A stretch of 64,000 nucleotides of DNA from Candidatus Paracaedibacteraceae bacterium (GTDB taxonomy: Bacteria; Pseudomonadota; Alphaproteobacteria; Paracaedibacterales; CAIOTO01), in assembly GCA_030694965.1 (NCBI GenBank), contig JAUYTZ010000018.1:81559-145558 (forward strand), in the 5' to 3' direction. This document shows, piece by piece, positions 30,289 through 42,560 of this stretch. The notes under the pieces are model-generated. The model saw only the letters and a program-made list of their open reading frames with translations, was not told where the DNA came from and did no database searches. The position numbers and the translations under genes were made by a program. Each line of letters starts with the position of its first letter. The stretch's first letter is position 1.

Positions 30289-31461
30289 TTACGCAGCAGC
30301 TTTAGAAGAAGCTTCAACAACTTTATGAGCAGCATCATCTAAATCATCAGCTGTGATTACAGCTAAACCTGATTCAGCTAATATTTTTTTACCCAATTCA
30401 TGATTAGTCCCTTGTAAACGCACAACCATTGGTACGTTAAGTTTTATTTCTTTAGCAGCTGCAATGATGCCTTCAGCAATAATATCGCAGCGCATGATCC
30501 CACCAAAAATATTGATTAAAACAGCTTTTACATTTTTATCAGAAAGAATAATTTTAAAGGCAGCTTCAACTTTTTCTTTTGTAGCTCCGCCGCCGACATC
30601 CAAAAAGTTTGCAGGGGATGCGCCGTGTAGTTTCACAATATCCATTGTTGCCATAGCAAGGCCTGCACCGTTTACCATGCACCCAATTGTACCATCCAGC
30701 TTCACATAGTTTAGGTCATGTTTTTTAGCTTCAAGTTCTGCTGGATCTTCTTCTGCTTCGTCGCGCAACGCTTCAATTTCAGGGTGGCGATAAAGTGCGT
30801 TATCGTCAAAGCTAACTTTTGCGTCTAATGCGACTAATTCATCATCTGCTGTGAGCACAAATGGATTGATTTCAATCATATCTGTATCAAGTTCATTGGC
30901 AGCGTCGTAAAGACCTTTCAATATTGAACAAAATGCATTGTGTGTTTTTGTTGGCAGTCCAAGTGCGAATGCAAGTTTGCGACCTTGATAAGGCATGACA
31001 CCTAAAACAGGATCGATGCCTTCTTTTATAATTTTTTTAGGGGTGTTTTTAGCAACTTCTTCAATATCAACACCGCCTTCAGTGGAGGCAACAATACATA
31101 AACGGCGTTCTGCACGATTTAAAACAAGGCTAATATAAAATTCGCGTTTGATATTGCAGCCCTCTTCAATAAAAATGCGATTAATATTTTGCCCTTCAGG
31201 ACCTGTTTGATGGGTAACAAGAACTTTGTTAAGTAGCTTTTCTGCTGCGGCTTTTACTTCGGCTACAGAGCGCGCCAAAATCACGCCGCCTGCTTTGCCG
31301 CGACCACCTGCATGAATTTGCGCCTTAACAACCCAAAGTTCATTAGCAATTTCCGCTGCTGCTTGTTCAGCTTCTTCCGCTGTGTAGGCAACCGCACCTT
31401 TTAAAATAGGTAATCCAAAGCTATCTAAAATATTTTTTGCTTGGTATTCATGTACATTCAT
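30289..31461 (-). CDS. sucC: succinyl-CoA ligase beta subunit
   Basis: 390 aa. [15 protein letters not shown]-grasp fold, GGIMRCD. Confidence 0.97.
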   Translation of the reverse strand: MNVHEYQAKNILDSFGLPILKGAVAYTAEEAEQAAAEIANELWVVKAQIHAGGRGKAGGVILARSVAEVKAAAEKLLNKVLVTHQTGPEGQNINRIFIEEGCNIKREFYISLVLNRAERRLCIVASTEGGVDIEEVAKNTPKKIIKEGIDPVLGVMPYQGRKLAFALGLPTKTHNAFCSILKGLYDAANELDTDMIEINPFVLTADDELVALDAKVSFDDNALYRHPEIEALRDEAEEDPAELEAKKHDLNYVKLDGTIGCMVNGAGLAMATMDIVKLHGASPANFLDVGGGATKEKVEAAFKIILSDKNVKAVLINIFGGIMRCDIIAEGIIAAAKEIKLNVPMVVRLQGTNHELGKKILAESGLAVITADDLDDAAHKVVEASSKAAA

Positions 31462-31465
31462 AAAC

Positions 31466-33098
<1,633 letters not shown>

Positions 33099-33386
33099 AA
33101 AATACCATTAAAACTTTAGTTTATTTGAATCTAGTGTAGCGCTGTATGGAATTTAGGACAATGTGTTTCTTTTGAAAAAATGTTTTATACCCGTCAGACA
33201 TCAAAGTATTGACTTTATAAATCTAATTTTTTCCTCGGAAAAAAACTTAAAAACCGCAAATGGTTATGTTATTTAGGGCTTTTTAATAAAAGTTTAAGAG
33301 GTGAAAAAGCGGTTTAAAAATCAGTAGATTGGTTTGGGATAGGTGCAATTATGTACAATAGCGTTTTGTCATTGAAAAGATGAGCT

Positions 33387-34283
33387 TTAATCCAAATTTT
33401 TACTGAGCCATTTCTTTAAGATAAGCATATCTTTCCACACCTGTGCTTTTTGGCTTGGGGATCGCATAATGTAAGATGGATGAAATGTTGGTAATGCTGC
33501 AATTGTAGTGCCGTTTCGCATCGTGTATTCAAAAATTTGACCGCGTAATTTTAAAATACCATCACTACGACCAAGTAATGTTTTTACTGCGACCCCTCCT
33601 AACAAAATTAATATTTTGGGAGATATCAGTTCGATGTGCTTATGAATAAAAGGCAGGCAATAATTTGTTTCTGTAGTTGTTGGTGGACGATTTCCTGGTG
33701 GACGCCATGGGATAATGTTGCTAATATAGACGGCTTTTCTATCAAGTCCAATGGTTGCTAAAATTGTGTTCAATAATTGCCCACTTTGTCCAACAAAAGG
33801 CTGTCCAACGCGATCTTCATCAGCACCTGGTGCTTCGCCAATAATCATGATACGTGCACTTGGGTCGCCATCTGCAAAAACAGTATGGGTTGCCGCTTTG
33901 ATTAAATCACACCCTTTTGCGTTTTCCATGGCGCTACGTAGTTGCTCAAGTGTCTCGCAGATAAATGCGGGATGATTGCCATGATCATCTGATAGTGCAG
34001 GTGATTTTATATCGCCTAATATGCGTGGGGCAACGTTAGTGGGTGAATTGATCTTTGGCGCAGCAGGTATTGATTTTATCGACAACGGTGAGTTTTGCAG
34101 GGGCATTTGTTCTAACTGAGCAGAATGCTTTTCCGCAAAAGTTCCTGCCAATGCTTTTAACGAAAATTTACCTGGTACATTATCAATATAATGATTGCGC
34201 GGCACATCACTCATTAGTGTATCAGCGCCACATGCGCTATACCATTCAAGAATCTGAGTATATGATTGTAATGTTTTTTCCAT
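33387..34283 (-). CDS. family-4 uracil-DNA glycosylase with N-terminal extension
   Basis: Motif A GEAPGADEDRVGQPFVGQSGQLL and motif B TFHPSYIMRSP. About 130 aa of N-terminal extension. Confidence 0.85.
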   Translation of the reverse strand: MEKTLQSYTQILEWYSACGADTLMSDVPRNHYIDNVPGKFSLKALAGTFAEKHSAQLEQMPLQNSPLSIKSIPAAPKINSPTNVAPRILGDIKSPALSDDHGNHPAFICETLEQLRSAMENAKGCDLIKAATHTVFADGDPSARIMIIGEAPGADEDRVGQPFVGQSGQLLNTILATIGLDRKAVYISNIIPWRPPGNRPPTTTETNYCLPFIHKHIELISPKILILLGGVAVKTLLGRSDGILKLRGQIFEYTMRNGTTIAALPTFHPSYIMRSPSQKAQVWKDMLILKKWLSKNLD

Positions 34284-34528
34284 AGAAAGCAGTATATACC
34301 TGTTTAGAAGTTAAAAACAATAAATGACACATAAAAAAATAATATGCTTGTACCTTGAGAATGGCTAGATTGTTTGCAAAGAATTATCTATTCTCAAGAT
34401 AACCGGTATATATACCTGCCTTTATGACGAGATCATGTTATTTCGTTCAACTTGGAACTTGCGCTCTTAAGTAAATCACGATAGCGTGAGTGAAGCTTTT
34501 CTATTTTTAAAGATACAACGGAACAGAT

Positions 34529-35152
34529 ATGACTCATGAAAAATTTAATTGTGCATATGATTCAAAGTTAAGAAGTCATGAAAATAAATTATTTTTTAAA
34601 CAATGGGTTCAAAATCCAGCGCGTCTTGGTACCCTTGCGCCTATTTCATTGCGATTAGCGCGTGATGCAGCATTGAATGTTCCTTTGCTTGAAACAGAAG
34701 AGCAATATGTTGTTGAAATTGGTGCAGGGACGGGCCGCTTGACGCGCGCTTTGCTAGAACGTGGTGTACCGCCAGCACAGCTTGCAGCTATTGAGCTTGA
34801 TACAAAATTATGTGCGTTTTTAACAGAAACATTACCTGCGGTTTGCCCTCAATCAACACCACCTCTTGTGGTCGAAGGTGATGCGACCTATTTAGAAGAA
34901 CTAATACCATCACATTGGGTTGGTAAAGTTGATACTGTTGTGTCGGCAATTCCTTTTATGTATTTACCTGAAGAAAAACGTATTGCTATTATTGAATCTG
35001 CATTTAAAGTTTTGAAACCCGGTGGTAAAATTATTCATATTACGTATAATCCAAAGTCACCAATTGCCTTTTCCCGTGCATATCATCAGACACGTGTGGT
35101 AAGTTTGTGGATAAACATGCCTCCAGGGTTTGTGTGGGCTTACACGAAATAA
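34529..35152 (+). CDS. class I SAM-dependent methyltransferase, phospholipid N-methyltransferase-like (paralogue 1)
   Basis: 207 aa. HENKLFFKQWVQNPARLGTLAPIS, SAM motif VVEIGAGTGRLT, GDA, ...PPGFVWAY. Confidence 0.7.
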   Translation: MTHEKFNCAYDSKLRSHENKLFFKQWVQNPARLGTLAPISLRLARDAALNVPLLETEEQYVVEIGAGTGRLTRALLERGVPPAQLAAIELDTKLCAFLTETLPAVCPQSTPPLVVEGDATYLEELIPSHWVGKVDTVVSAIPFMYLPEEKRIAIIESAFKVLKPGGKIIHITYNPKSPIAFSRAYHQTRVVSLWINMPPGFVWAYTK

Positions 35153-35202
35153 AGATGCTTAATAAAAATAAGCCTTGCTGGTTTATATGGGAACAAAAAT
35201 AG

Positions 35203-35910
35203 ATGACACTGGATCCTGGCAAACGTGCACTTATTCGTCACGAAAATATGTTGTTTTTGAAGCGTTTGCTTAGGAATCCAAAAGCTCTTGGGGCTGTCGC
35301 ACCAAGCTCAAAAGGGTTAGCCCGGATGATAGTGCGTCATGTAACAATTGATGAGTCGACATATGTTGTTGAAGTGGGGGCAGGAACAGGTCGCTTTACA
35401 CGTTTTTTGCTTGAAGCAGGAGTTTGTGCTACTAATCTTATTGTCATTGAGTTAGATAGCGAACTTTGTTTTTACCTGAAAAAAAATTTTCCAGATTTAA
35501 CAATTATTCAAGGTGATGCCACTAAGTTGCATACATTATTGCCAGCAAACGTTATTAAGAATGTTGATACGATTATATCTGGTATTCCATTGATGAATTT
35601 AAATAAGGATGAACAGCTTAATTTGTTCCAAGCATTTAAGCATACCTTAAGCCCATCTGGGCAAATTTTGCAGTTTACATACGCACCAATATCAACGCTT
35701 TCACATAAAAAATTAGGATTAACTGCAACACGTATTGGCCATGTTTTACGTAACATGCCGCCTGCAACGGTTTGGTCATATCGATTCTGTAGCGAACTTG
35801 CACCAAAGAAACGTCGTCACCCATTTAGTATTTATTTACATGCAGCTCAACGAAAGGCACGTGCAAAATTCCAAGAGGTGAGGCGCGCAAAATTTTTGCC
35901 CAAAAGTTAA
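35203..35910 (+). CDS. class I SAM-dependent methyltransferase, phospholipid N-methyltransferase-like (paralogue 2, basic tail)
   Basis: 235 aa. HENMLFLKRLLRNPKALGAVAPSS, VVEVGAGTGRFT, GDA, PPATVWSY. Co-linear with the upstream paralogue, plus a ~40-aa Arg/Lys-rich C-terminal extension. Confidence 0.7.
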   Translation: MTLDPGKRALIRHENMLFLKRLLRNPKALGAVAPSSKGLARMIVRHVTIDESTYVVEVGAGTGRFTRFLLEAGVCATNLIVIELDSELCFYLKKNFPDLTIIQGDATKLHTLLPANVIKNVDTIISGIPLMNLNKDEQLNLFQAFKHTLSPSGQILQFTYAPISTLSHKKLGLTATRIGHVLRNMPPATVWSYRFCSELAPKKRRHPFSIYLHAAQRKARAKFQEVRRAKFLPKS

Positions 35911-36061
35911 ATTAAAATATAGCATTCCAAGGATAATTTGAGTATAAAAAGATAAGAATCGAGCAGCTTAGTATTTATTCGCTTGAGTAGCTTCGCTTTC
36001 AATGGTTTTGCCACAACCAATTTATAGCTTAATTGCTATAAATAATACTGGAGTAACCAAG

Positions 36062-36754
36062 ATGCATGTAAAAAGAATCGCACTTGTAGGTGCAACAGGT
36101 CGCATGGGTAAATGCATAATAGAGCAAACAGAGCAACATTCAAAATGGCGTGTTGCAAAAAAAATTACTCGAGATTTAAACGAGCATGATCCGTGGGATC
36201 ATACTTCTGGCCATAAAATTGATGTTATTATCGATTTTTCCAATGCAGCAATGACAGCTGAGCTTGCAAAACAGGCCATTGGTACAAAGATTCCATTACT
36301 TATCTGTACGACAGGTTTATCAAGTGCAACAATAAATACATTAAAGAAGTGTAGCGAGCATGCTGCTGTTTTGCTTGTATCTAATACGAGTATAGGTATC
36401 CAGCTGATGCATGAATTATTAAAGATTGCATCATCCATGTTGGATAGTACGTTTGATGTTGATATCGTTGAAACTCATCATCGTCATAAAGTGGATGCTC
36501 CTTCAGGGACTGCATTTTCATTGGCTAAAACAATTGATGCAATCCGCTCAATTTCTACTAAAATTCACTCACTTAGGTCAGGTGAGGGCTTCACGGAACA
36601 CACGGTGACTTTTAATGGTAATAATGAAACGATAACTTTGTCGCACACAGCACATTCACGCGATGTTTTTGCAAATGGAGCTCTACGATTAGCTGACTGG
36701 TTGATTGAGCAAAAGCCTGGCTTTTATACGTCGCAGGATATGTTGCCAGTATAG
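36062..36754 (+). CDS. dapB: 4-hydroxy-tetrahydrodipicolinate reductase
   Basis: Start at MHVKRIALVGATGRMG (in-frame ATG at 36062). Signature ETHHRHKVDAPSGTA. Confidence 0.9.
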   Translation: MHVKRIALVGATGRMGKCIIEQTEQHSKWRVAKKITRDLNEHDPWDHTSGHKIDVIIDFSNAAMTAELAKQAIGTKIPLLICTTGLSSATINTLKKCSEHAAVLLVSNTSIGIQLMHELLKIASSMLDSTFDVDIVETHHRHKVDAPSGTAFSLAKTIDAIRSISTKIHSLRSGEGFTEHTVTFNGNNETITLSHTAHSRDVFANGALRLADWLIEQKPGFYTSQDMLPV

Positions 36755-37058
36755 TGTGTGGCAATTCAATTATAAAATGATTGTGCTGTTGTGTTCGCTA
36801 AAATACCTACTAAGTGTTTTTTTGTATATAGAATGGTAAGATAATTACCTGAAAAATTGATTGATCTTATGAAGAAATTGTCGAACAAGCCACTTCCAAT
36901 AAAAATTTGAAGCTATTAATTAAGAATCCAAAAACTCTGTATCTTTAAATTGTTTTCTTGTCTATTTTGCATAAGATTGCCTTTGGTTTTATGACTGCTG
37001 TTGCACTTCACTATTGAATCGGCGTTAATTAAAAAACTTATCAAGAGTGACTAGATAA

Positions 37059-37781
37059 TTATGGGGCTGAATAGTTAACTTGCTCTTTAAGCCATCCAAT
37101 GTAATTGATTGTTAAATCTTTTGAAAATGACCATTCACGACTACGCAGATTAAGTGATAATCCTTTTAATTCATTCCATTGCATATTAGCTATGCCTGAA
37201 ATTTCACTTGGTTTTAAAAAACGATTCCATTCATGCGTGCCGCGTGGTACCCAACGTAGTATATACTCAGCACCTAAAATTGCTCCAAGATATGATTTAG
37301 ATGTGCGGTTAATTGTTGATAAAATGATCCCTTTATTGTTAGGCGCGAGTTGTTGTTTGCACGCAGCTAAAAAGGATGTAGGATTTGGCACATGTTCGAT
37401 GATTTCTGATGCAATAATAAGATCAAATCCGAGATCTCTTTTTGAGAATTCTTCAATTGTTGTATGTTGATATTCAATATTAAGCCCCATCATTTCAGCA
37501 TGCGCGCGTGCGGCATGAATAGCTCCTAAACTTGTATCTATTCCTGTAACGTTTGCACCTAAGCGAGCGAGTGGTTCTGATAATATTCCGCCACCACAGC
37601 CTATATCTAGAATACGTAGATCACGCACATCACCTATGCATTTTGTTATGAATGAAATGCGTAAAGGATTCATTGCATGTAATAAATCAAAAGGGCCTCC
37701 CATTTTCCACCAAAAATCGGCATCGCGGTCGAAGAGCTCAATTTGTTCATCAAAGACATGATTTTTTTTGAAAGTAGGCAT
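37059..37781 (-). CDS. ubiG: ubiquinone biosynthesis O-methyltransferase
   Basis: 240 aa. FWWKMGGPFDLLHAMNPLR, ILDIGCGGGILSEPLARLG, EIIEHV. Confidence 0.9.
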   Translation of the reverse strand: MPTFKKNHVFDEQIELFDRDADFWWKMGGPFDLLHAMNPLRISFITKCIGDVRDLRILDIGCGGGILSEPLARLGANVTGIDTSLGAIHAARAHAEMMGLNIEYQHTTIEEFSKRDLGFDLIIASEIIEHVPNPTSFLAACKQQLAPNNKGIILSTINRTSKSYLGAILGAEYILRWVPRGTHEWNRFLKPSEISGIANMQWNELKGLSLNLRSREWSFSKDLTINYIGWLKEQVNYSAP

Positions 37782-37903
37782 AGCTTTGCTTCATTGTTTA
37801 TTGTAAAAACTTTACTCATAGTAAACTTTATTCCTAAAATAGGATACTTTTTTAAGCTCTGCTGGTAAAATCATTGTAGGCACGTTTTTTTTCATAAAAA
37901 ATC

Positions 37904-38434
37904 ATGAACATAACACCTCTTACGCGTAAATTCTTTGAACAGCCCACCCTAAAAGTTGCCGAAGATCTTTTAGGAAAACTTTTTGTTTTTAATAATTTTA
38001 AAGGAATTATTATTGAAACTGAAGCTTATATTGGCATTGATGATCCTGCTTGTCATGCTGCACGTGGCCGCACTCCCCGTACAGAAATTATGTTTGGGAA
38101 TGCGGGACATTCTTATGTGTATTTAATCTATGGCATGTATCATTGTTTGAACTTTGTAACAGAGGCTGTTGGCTTTCCTGCAGGTGTTTTAATTAGATCA
38201 ATTCAAATTATCGAGCCTGAATCTATTTTACTTGATGGGCCTGGAAAATTATGTAAACACTTAGGAATAACAAGGCAACATACTGGTTTGGACATAATAA
38301 ATTTGCCGAATTTTTTTGTTGCTGATATTGAACGAAAATTTGAAATATCGACAACACCTCGCATTGGAATTAAGCAAGGGGTAGATAAGTTATGGCGTTT
38401 CGTTGCCCACGATCGTGTTAATTTTAGTAAATGA
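37904..38434 (+). CDS. DNA-3-methyladenine glycosylase (AAG/Mpg family)
   Basis: 176 aa. VAEDLLGK, IIETEAYIGIDDPACHAARGRTPRTEIMFG, GHSYVYLIYGMYHCLN. Confidence 0.9.
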   Translation: MNITPLTRKFFEQPTLKVAEDLLGKLFVFNNFKGIIIETEAYIGIDDPACHAARGRTPRTEIMFGNAGHSYVYLIYGMYHCLNFVTEAVGFPAGVLIRSIQIIEPESILLDGPGKLCKHLGITRQHTGLDIINLPNFFVADIERKFEISTTPRIGIKQGVDKLWRFVAHDRVNFSK

Positions 38435-38492
38435 AAAAACATATAAAAGCGCTATCACTTTTTTCTCGAAATCCCTCTCAACCTCAGCCATA

Positions 38493-39728
38493 ATGGCTGC
38501 ATTACTGAAATACGATATTTTTGTGGCTCGATACATTGTAAAATTTGGTGGGACATCGGTTGGTAATCTTGACCGTATCCAACATGCAGCATGCATTGTA
38601 GCTGAGCTTGCTAAAGAGGGTCATGAAATTGCGGTTGTTGTGTCGGCCATGGCGGGCATGACTAATCAACTTTTTTCATACGCAAACACATTTTGCGATG
38701 TTTCTTTTTCACCTGAGCATGATGTTGTGGTATCAAGCGGCGAGCAAATAACAGCCGGCCTCATGGCGCTTGCTCTTCAAAAATATGGTTTGGACGCACA
38801 ATCTTTTCTTGCTTGGCAAGCAACAATTTTAACTGATAACAATTACGGTAATGCAACGATTGAATCTATAAAAACATCTTCATTTGACACTCATTTTGCA
38901 AAAAAAAGCATTCCTGTTATTGCGGGATTTCAAGGCATAACCGCTGATAATCGTATCACAACACTTGGACGCGGAGGCTCAGATACAACTGCTGTAGCGT
39001 TGGCAGCATCTCTTAAAGCTGATTGTTGTTATATTTACACAGATGTTGAAGGGGTCTATACGGCAGATCCGCGTATTGTTCAAAATGCTCGCAAGATTGA
39101 TTCTATTCATTATTCCCATATGTTAGAGCTTGCAAAACATGGTGCAAAGGTTCTTCATGCACGTTGTGTTGAACTTGGCATGCAGCATGATGTTGATTTG
39201 TATGTGTTATCTAGTTTTGTAAAGACAGCAGGAACTCGTATTTTAAATAATACAGATAACCACAATAAGTGTGCGATTAGCGGTATTACGCATAGTTTAA
39301 ACGAGGTGCACATTCATATTAATGGAGAATCGGCTTATATTTCTTTAGTGTTAAATGAGCTGTCGCAAAATAATATTGCGATTGATGCACTTGTCAGAGA
39401 AAGGTTGAGTGATGCATGCGTTCTTGAATCTGCGCATTTTACGATTGGTAAAGCCGATTTTGAACATGCAAAAACACTATTAATCGCACATAAAGCAACA
39501 AATTCTTTTGATCTGCTTGCTATTGATCCGAATATTGTTAAAATATCCATTATTGGTGTTGGAATAAAAGATCAGGCTGCTGAAATGTTTGTGCTAAAGA
39601 TATTGGCAGAAAATCATATATTTGTTCATTTTAGTTACCGATTAGACATAAAATTAAGTCTTGTTATTACAAATGATCAGATGACAAAAGCAATAAATCT
39701 TTTACACGATGCGCTTATTATAAGATAA
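38493..39728 (+). CDS. lysC: aspartate kinase
   Basis: IVKFGGTSVG kinase N-terminus and two C-terminal ACT-like regions. ATG at 38493 (or GTG at 38523, giving VARYIVKFGG) is preferred to the track start at 38403, which overlaps the glycosylase gene. Confidence 0.9.
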   Translation: MAALLKYDIFVARYIVKFGGTSVGNLDRIQHAACIVAELAKEGHEIAVVVSAMAGMTNQLFSYANTFCDVSFSPEHDVVVSSGEQITAGLMALALQKYGLDAQSFLAWQATILTDNNYGNATIESIKTSSFDTHFAKKSIPVIAGFQGITADNRITTLGRGGSDTTAVALAASLKADCCYIYTDVEGVYTADPRIVQNARKIDSIHYSHMLELAKHGAKVLHARCVELGMQHDVDLYVLSSFVKTAGTRILNNTDNHNKCAISGITHSLNEVHIHINGESAYISLVLNELSQNNIAIDALVRERLSDACVLESAHFTIGKADFEHAKTLLIAHKATNSFDLLAIDPNIVKISIIGVGIKDQAAEMFVLKILAENHIFVHFSYRLDIKLSLVITNDQMTKAINLLHDALIIR

Positions 39729-39757
39729 AACAAATTAAACTAAATTGAGAGAGATAA

Positions 39758-40783
39758 ATGACTATAAACGCGGATAAAGTGCTTAAAAAATTATGGCAAA
39801 GAGGAAGTGACTTTTTAGGATGCGAACATGCTATTTTAGGCGGTGCTATGACGTGGGTATCAAATGCAAGCCTTGTTGCATCCATATCAAACGCGGGTGG
39901 TTTTGGAGTTGTTGCTTGCGGCGCAATGACACCTGATATTTTAGATGCTGAAATCACAAAGACAAAAGCATTAACAAATAAACCTTTTGGTGTTAACTTG
40001 ATCACGCTGCATCCAATGTTGCATGATTTAATTGATGTTGTTGGTAAGCACCAAATTAGTCACGTTGTGTTGGCTGGCGGGTTGCCAACAAATGAATCAA
40101 TAGAGCGCATTAAAAGCTATGGCTGTAAAGTAATAGGATTTGCACCAGCTCTAATTATTGCAAAGAAATTACAGCGTTCACATGTGGATGCTATTGTGAT
40201 TGAAGGTGCGGAAGCGGGAGGACACATAGGCCCTGTTTCAACAAGCGTTCTTGCGCAAGAGATTTTACCACATATTCGTGATATTCCCGTATTTGTTGCT
40301 GGTGGTATTGGCCGCGGTGAAGCAATAGTATCTTATCTTCAAATGGGGGCTGCGGGTTGTCAGTTAGGAACGCGTTTTGTTTGTGCAGATGAATCCCCAG
40401 CACACGCTAATTTCAAAAAAGCATTTATACGCGGAAATGCGCGCGACGCAGTTGCGTCTGTTCAGCTTGATCCTCGTTTTCCAGTTATTCCTGTACGAGC
40501 TCTTGTTAATCAAGCAAGTAAGCGTTTTGCTGAATGCCAGGCTGAAATTATTGCGCGTTTTGACCGCGGTGAAGTTGAGCTTAAAGCAGGGCAGTTGGAA
40601 ATTGAACATTTTTGGGCAGGTGCATTGCGTCGTGCCGTAATGGATGGAGACATTGAAAATGGTTCTATCATGGCTGGGCAAAGTGTTGGAATGGTAACAA
40701 AAGAACAACCTACGCAAGAGATTATCGATGAGCTAGTTGCACAAGCATGTAGTCATATTGAATCACAAAATCAAGTAGCCTAA
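39758..40783 (+). CDS. nitronate monooxygenase / FabK-type enoyl-ACP reductase family flavoprotein
   Basis: 341 aa. GGAMTWVSNASLVASISNAGGFGVVA, IEGAEAGGHIG, AGGIGRGE. Confidence 0.8.
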   Translation: MTINADKVLKKLWQRGSDFLGCEHAILGGAMTWVSNASLVASISNAGGFGVVACGAMTPDILDAEITKTKALTNKPFGVNLITLHPMLHDLIDVVGKHQISHVVLAGGLPTNESIERIKSYGCKVIGFAPALIIAKKLQRSHVDAIVIEGAEAGGHIGPVSTSVLAQEILPHIRDIPVFVAGGIGRGEAIVSYLQMGAAGCQLGTRFVCADESPAHANFKKAFIRGNARDAVASVQLDPRFPVIPVRALVNQASKRFAECQAEIIARFDRGEVELKAGQLEIEHFWAGALRRAVMDGDIENGSIMAGQSVGMVTKEQPTQEIIDELVAQACSHIESQNQVA

Positions 40784-40800
40784 AAAAGATGCTAAAAATT

Positions 40801-40836
40801 AAAAATGCTTGAGAAAAGATCCATCAGGCATTTTTA
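40801..40836. terminator. hairpin terminator between convergent genes
   Basis: aatgcttga (40804-40812) pairs with tcaggcatt (40824-40832) with one G-U pair. A5 upstream and T5 downstream. Confidence 0.65.
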
Positions 40837-41020
40837 ACTAAATTATGAATCACAGGAAATTTAGGACAACAATAAAGCCGCTCACTTCTTGATAATGCTC
40901 TGTTATCCCTCACTTTTTGTCAAGCCTGGTGATAACAGGAAATGGGCTGCTGAATAAAAGTAAGGGGACTGTGAATAATATTTTTAAAATTACCAGTTTG
41001 AAGTTATTAAGTTTTATTTT

Positions 41021-42409
41021 TTACTTAATAATAATTACATTCAAATCAGAATCAATTTTAAAAGAAATATTGTTTAATAAAGCGGGATTGTCTCGAACTT
41101 GTCCAGCCGCTTTATTGAAATTTAAAGTTAACTGGGGATTGTAAGGTACGTTTGTTTTTCCAGTTCTATATGCTCGCAAAACTTGAGCAATAAATACACT
41201 TCCTTTTGTAATGCACTCTTGAATTGCTTGATATCTTGTTAAACCTTGCTTTTCTAAAGTGCTTGAAAGATTCACTAACAAAGCAGGAACATATGTTGGC
41301 GTTCTTTCTGTTCTGTATGTTAAAGGATCAAGCTCTTCTTGTAAAAGCATTTTCTGATCAAATGAAAGGGAGGCATAGGCATCTTTTAGGGCTTTTCCTT
41401 CTTCTTTTGAAAAGAGCCTAAGCATTGAGCCGATGCGTGCTAAAATGTATATTTGTTTGTTTTTGTCTAAACCTAATAAATTCGCCCGAGCATGTATATA
41501 ATGCTCCATTGCTTCTTTTTCACTATGTTCTTTCAGGAAATGGATAGCCTCTTTTACAGATTCTATAGATTTGAATGTATTTTCAGTGAGCACCTTTGAC
41601 CCACTGTTATCTTCATGGCCGCGCGCTCCGCTTACGTCACAAATATGGGTAAGGATTTCAAAATCAAATTCCTTTAAATCTTTGTCAAGGGTACCTGATT
41701 GTTTTAGCTTTGTAAGAATTTCTGGGCCACCTTCTACATGTGTAACGTGGCCAAAGTGCACTAGCCCATTCACTTTTTTTAGAATTTTTTTAGCTTTATC
41801 AGAAATTGATAAGAATGTTGGAAATATTCCAGGGCATTTCTTTAGGCATGCGTCAAGAAAAATATCATGATCTGATTCAATAATTCCATACTTTTTTGCC
41901 TTAAGACGTGCTGTTTGCGTTTTCCCCATGTCACCTAAAATAAGATTGACTTCCAAAGTTTGAAGAAAGTGTAAATCGTTTTCAATAATACTGTTAGCAA
42001 ATTCATGGAGACGCTTGAAGCTAACAAGCGAAAGCTTATCTTTTTGAGGTTGAAGTGAGGTAAAACGTTTATAAGCTTGATCACTTCCATTAACAATTAA
42101 ATGTAAACTAACAATACTTAAAATTGTTCTTTCAAATTCAGGATAATGCTTTCCTTTGAGCTTTTTCGACCAGCTATGCTCATATTTATATTGCTCAGAT
42201 TTCCCTTCTTGAGTATGTTGAACGGCATCACTTAAAAGCCATTCGAGCTCAGGATATTCTTTGATTTTGTTTTCTACCCATGATTTTTCCCCCAATTCAC
42301 TTAATGCAGGGACAGTAAAGGTTGCATTTGCAGGTGCTGGAAATAATAAGAAAAAAGATATTGCTGCATGAAAAAAAATACTTTTATAAAAATAATTAAT
42401 TTTTTTCAT
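41021..42409 (-). CDS. secreted hypothetical protein with degenerate HD-like and His-rich motifs
   Basis: 462 aa. Signal peptide MKKINYFYKSIFFHAAISFFLLFPAPANA. Motifs LILGDMGKT, ESDHDIFLD, HFGHVTHVEGG, THICDVSGARGHED. No family confidently recognised. Confidence 0.6.
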   Translation of the reverse strand: MKKINYFYKSIFFHAAISFFLLFPAPANATFTVPALSELGEKSWVENKIKEYPELEWLLSDAVQHTQEGKSEQYKYEHSWSKKLKGKHYPEFERTILSIVSLHLIVNGSDQAYKRFTSLQPQKDKLSLVSFKRLHEFANSIIENDLHFLQTLEVNLILGDMGKTQTARLKAKKYGIIESDHDIFLDACLKKCPGIFPTFLSISDKAKKILKKVNGLVHFGHVTHVEGGPEILTKLKQSGTLDKDLKEFDFEILTHICDVSGARGHEDNSGSKVLTENTFKSIESVKEAIHFLKEHSEKEAMEHYIHARANLLGLDKNKQIYILARIGSMLRLFSKEEGKALKDAYASLSFDQKMLLQEELDPLTYRTERTPTYVPALLVNLSSTLEKQGLTRYQAIQECITKGSVFIAQVLRAYRTGKTNVPYNPQLTLNFNKAAGQVRDNPALLNNISFKIDSDLNVIIIK

Positions 42410-42560
42410 TACATATAACCCTATTTTTCAAAATCGATGTATCTTGCGTTTATGTTATTTCTTCTTAGTTATTCTTTTTACTTTAATAAGAATAATATTT
42501 AGGGGAAAATATGAGAAATATAGCATCTTTACTTTTTTTAGCAAGGTTAAATTAAAATAG

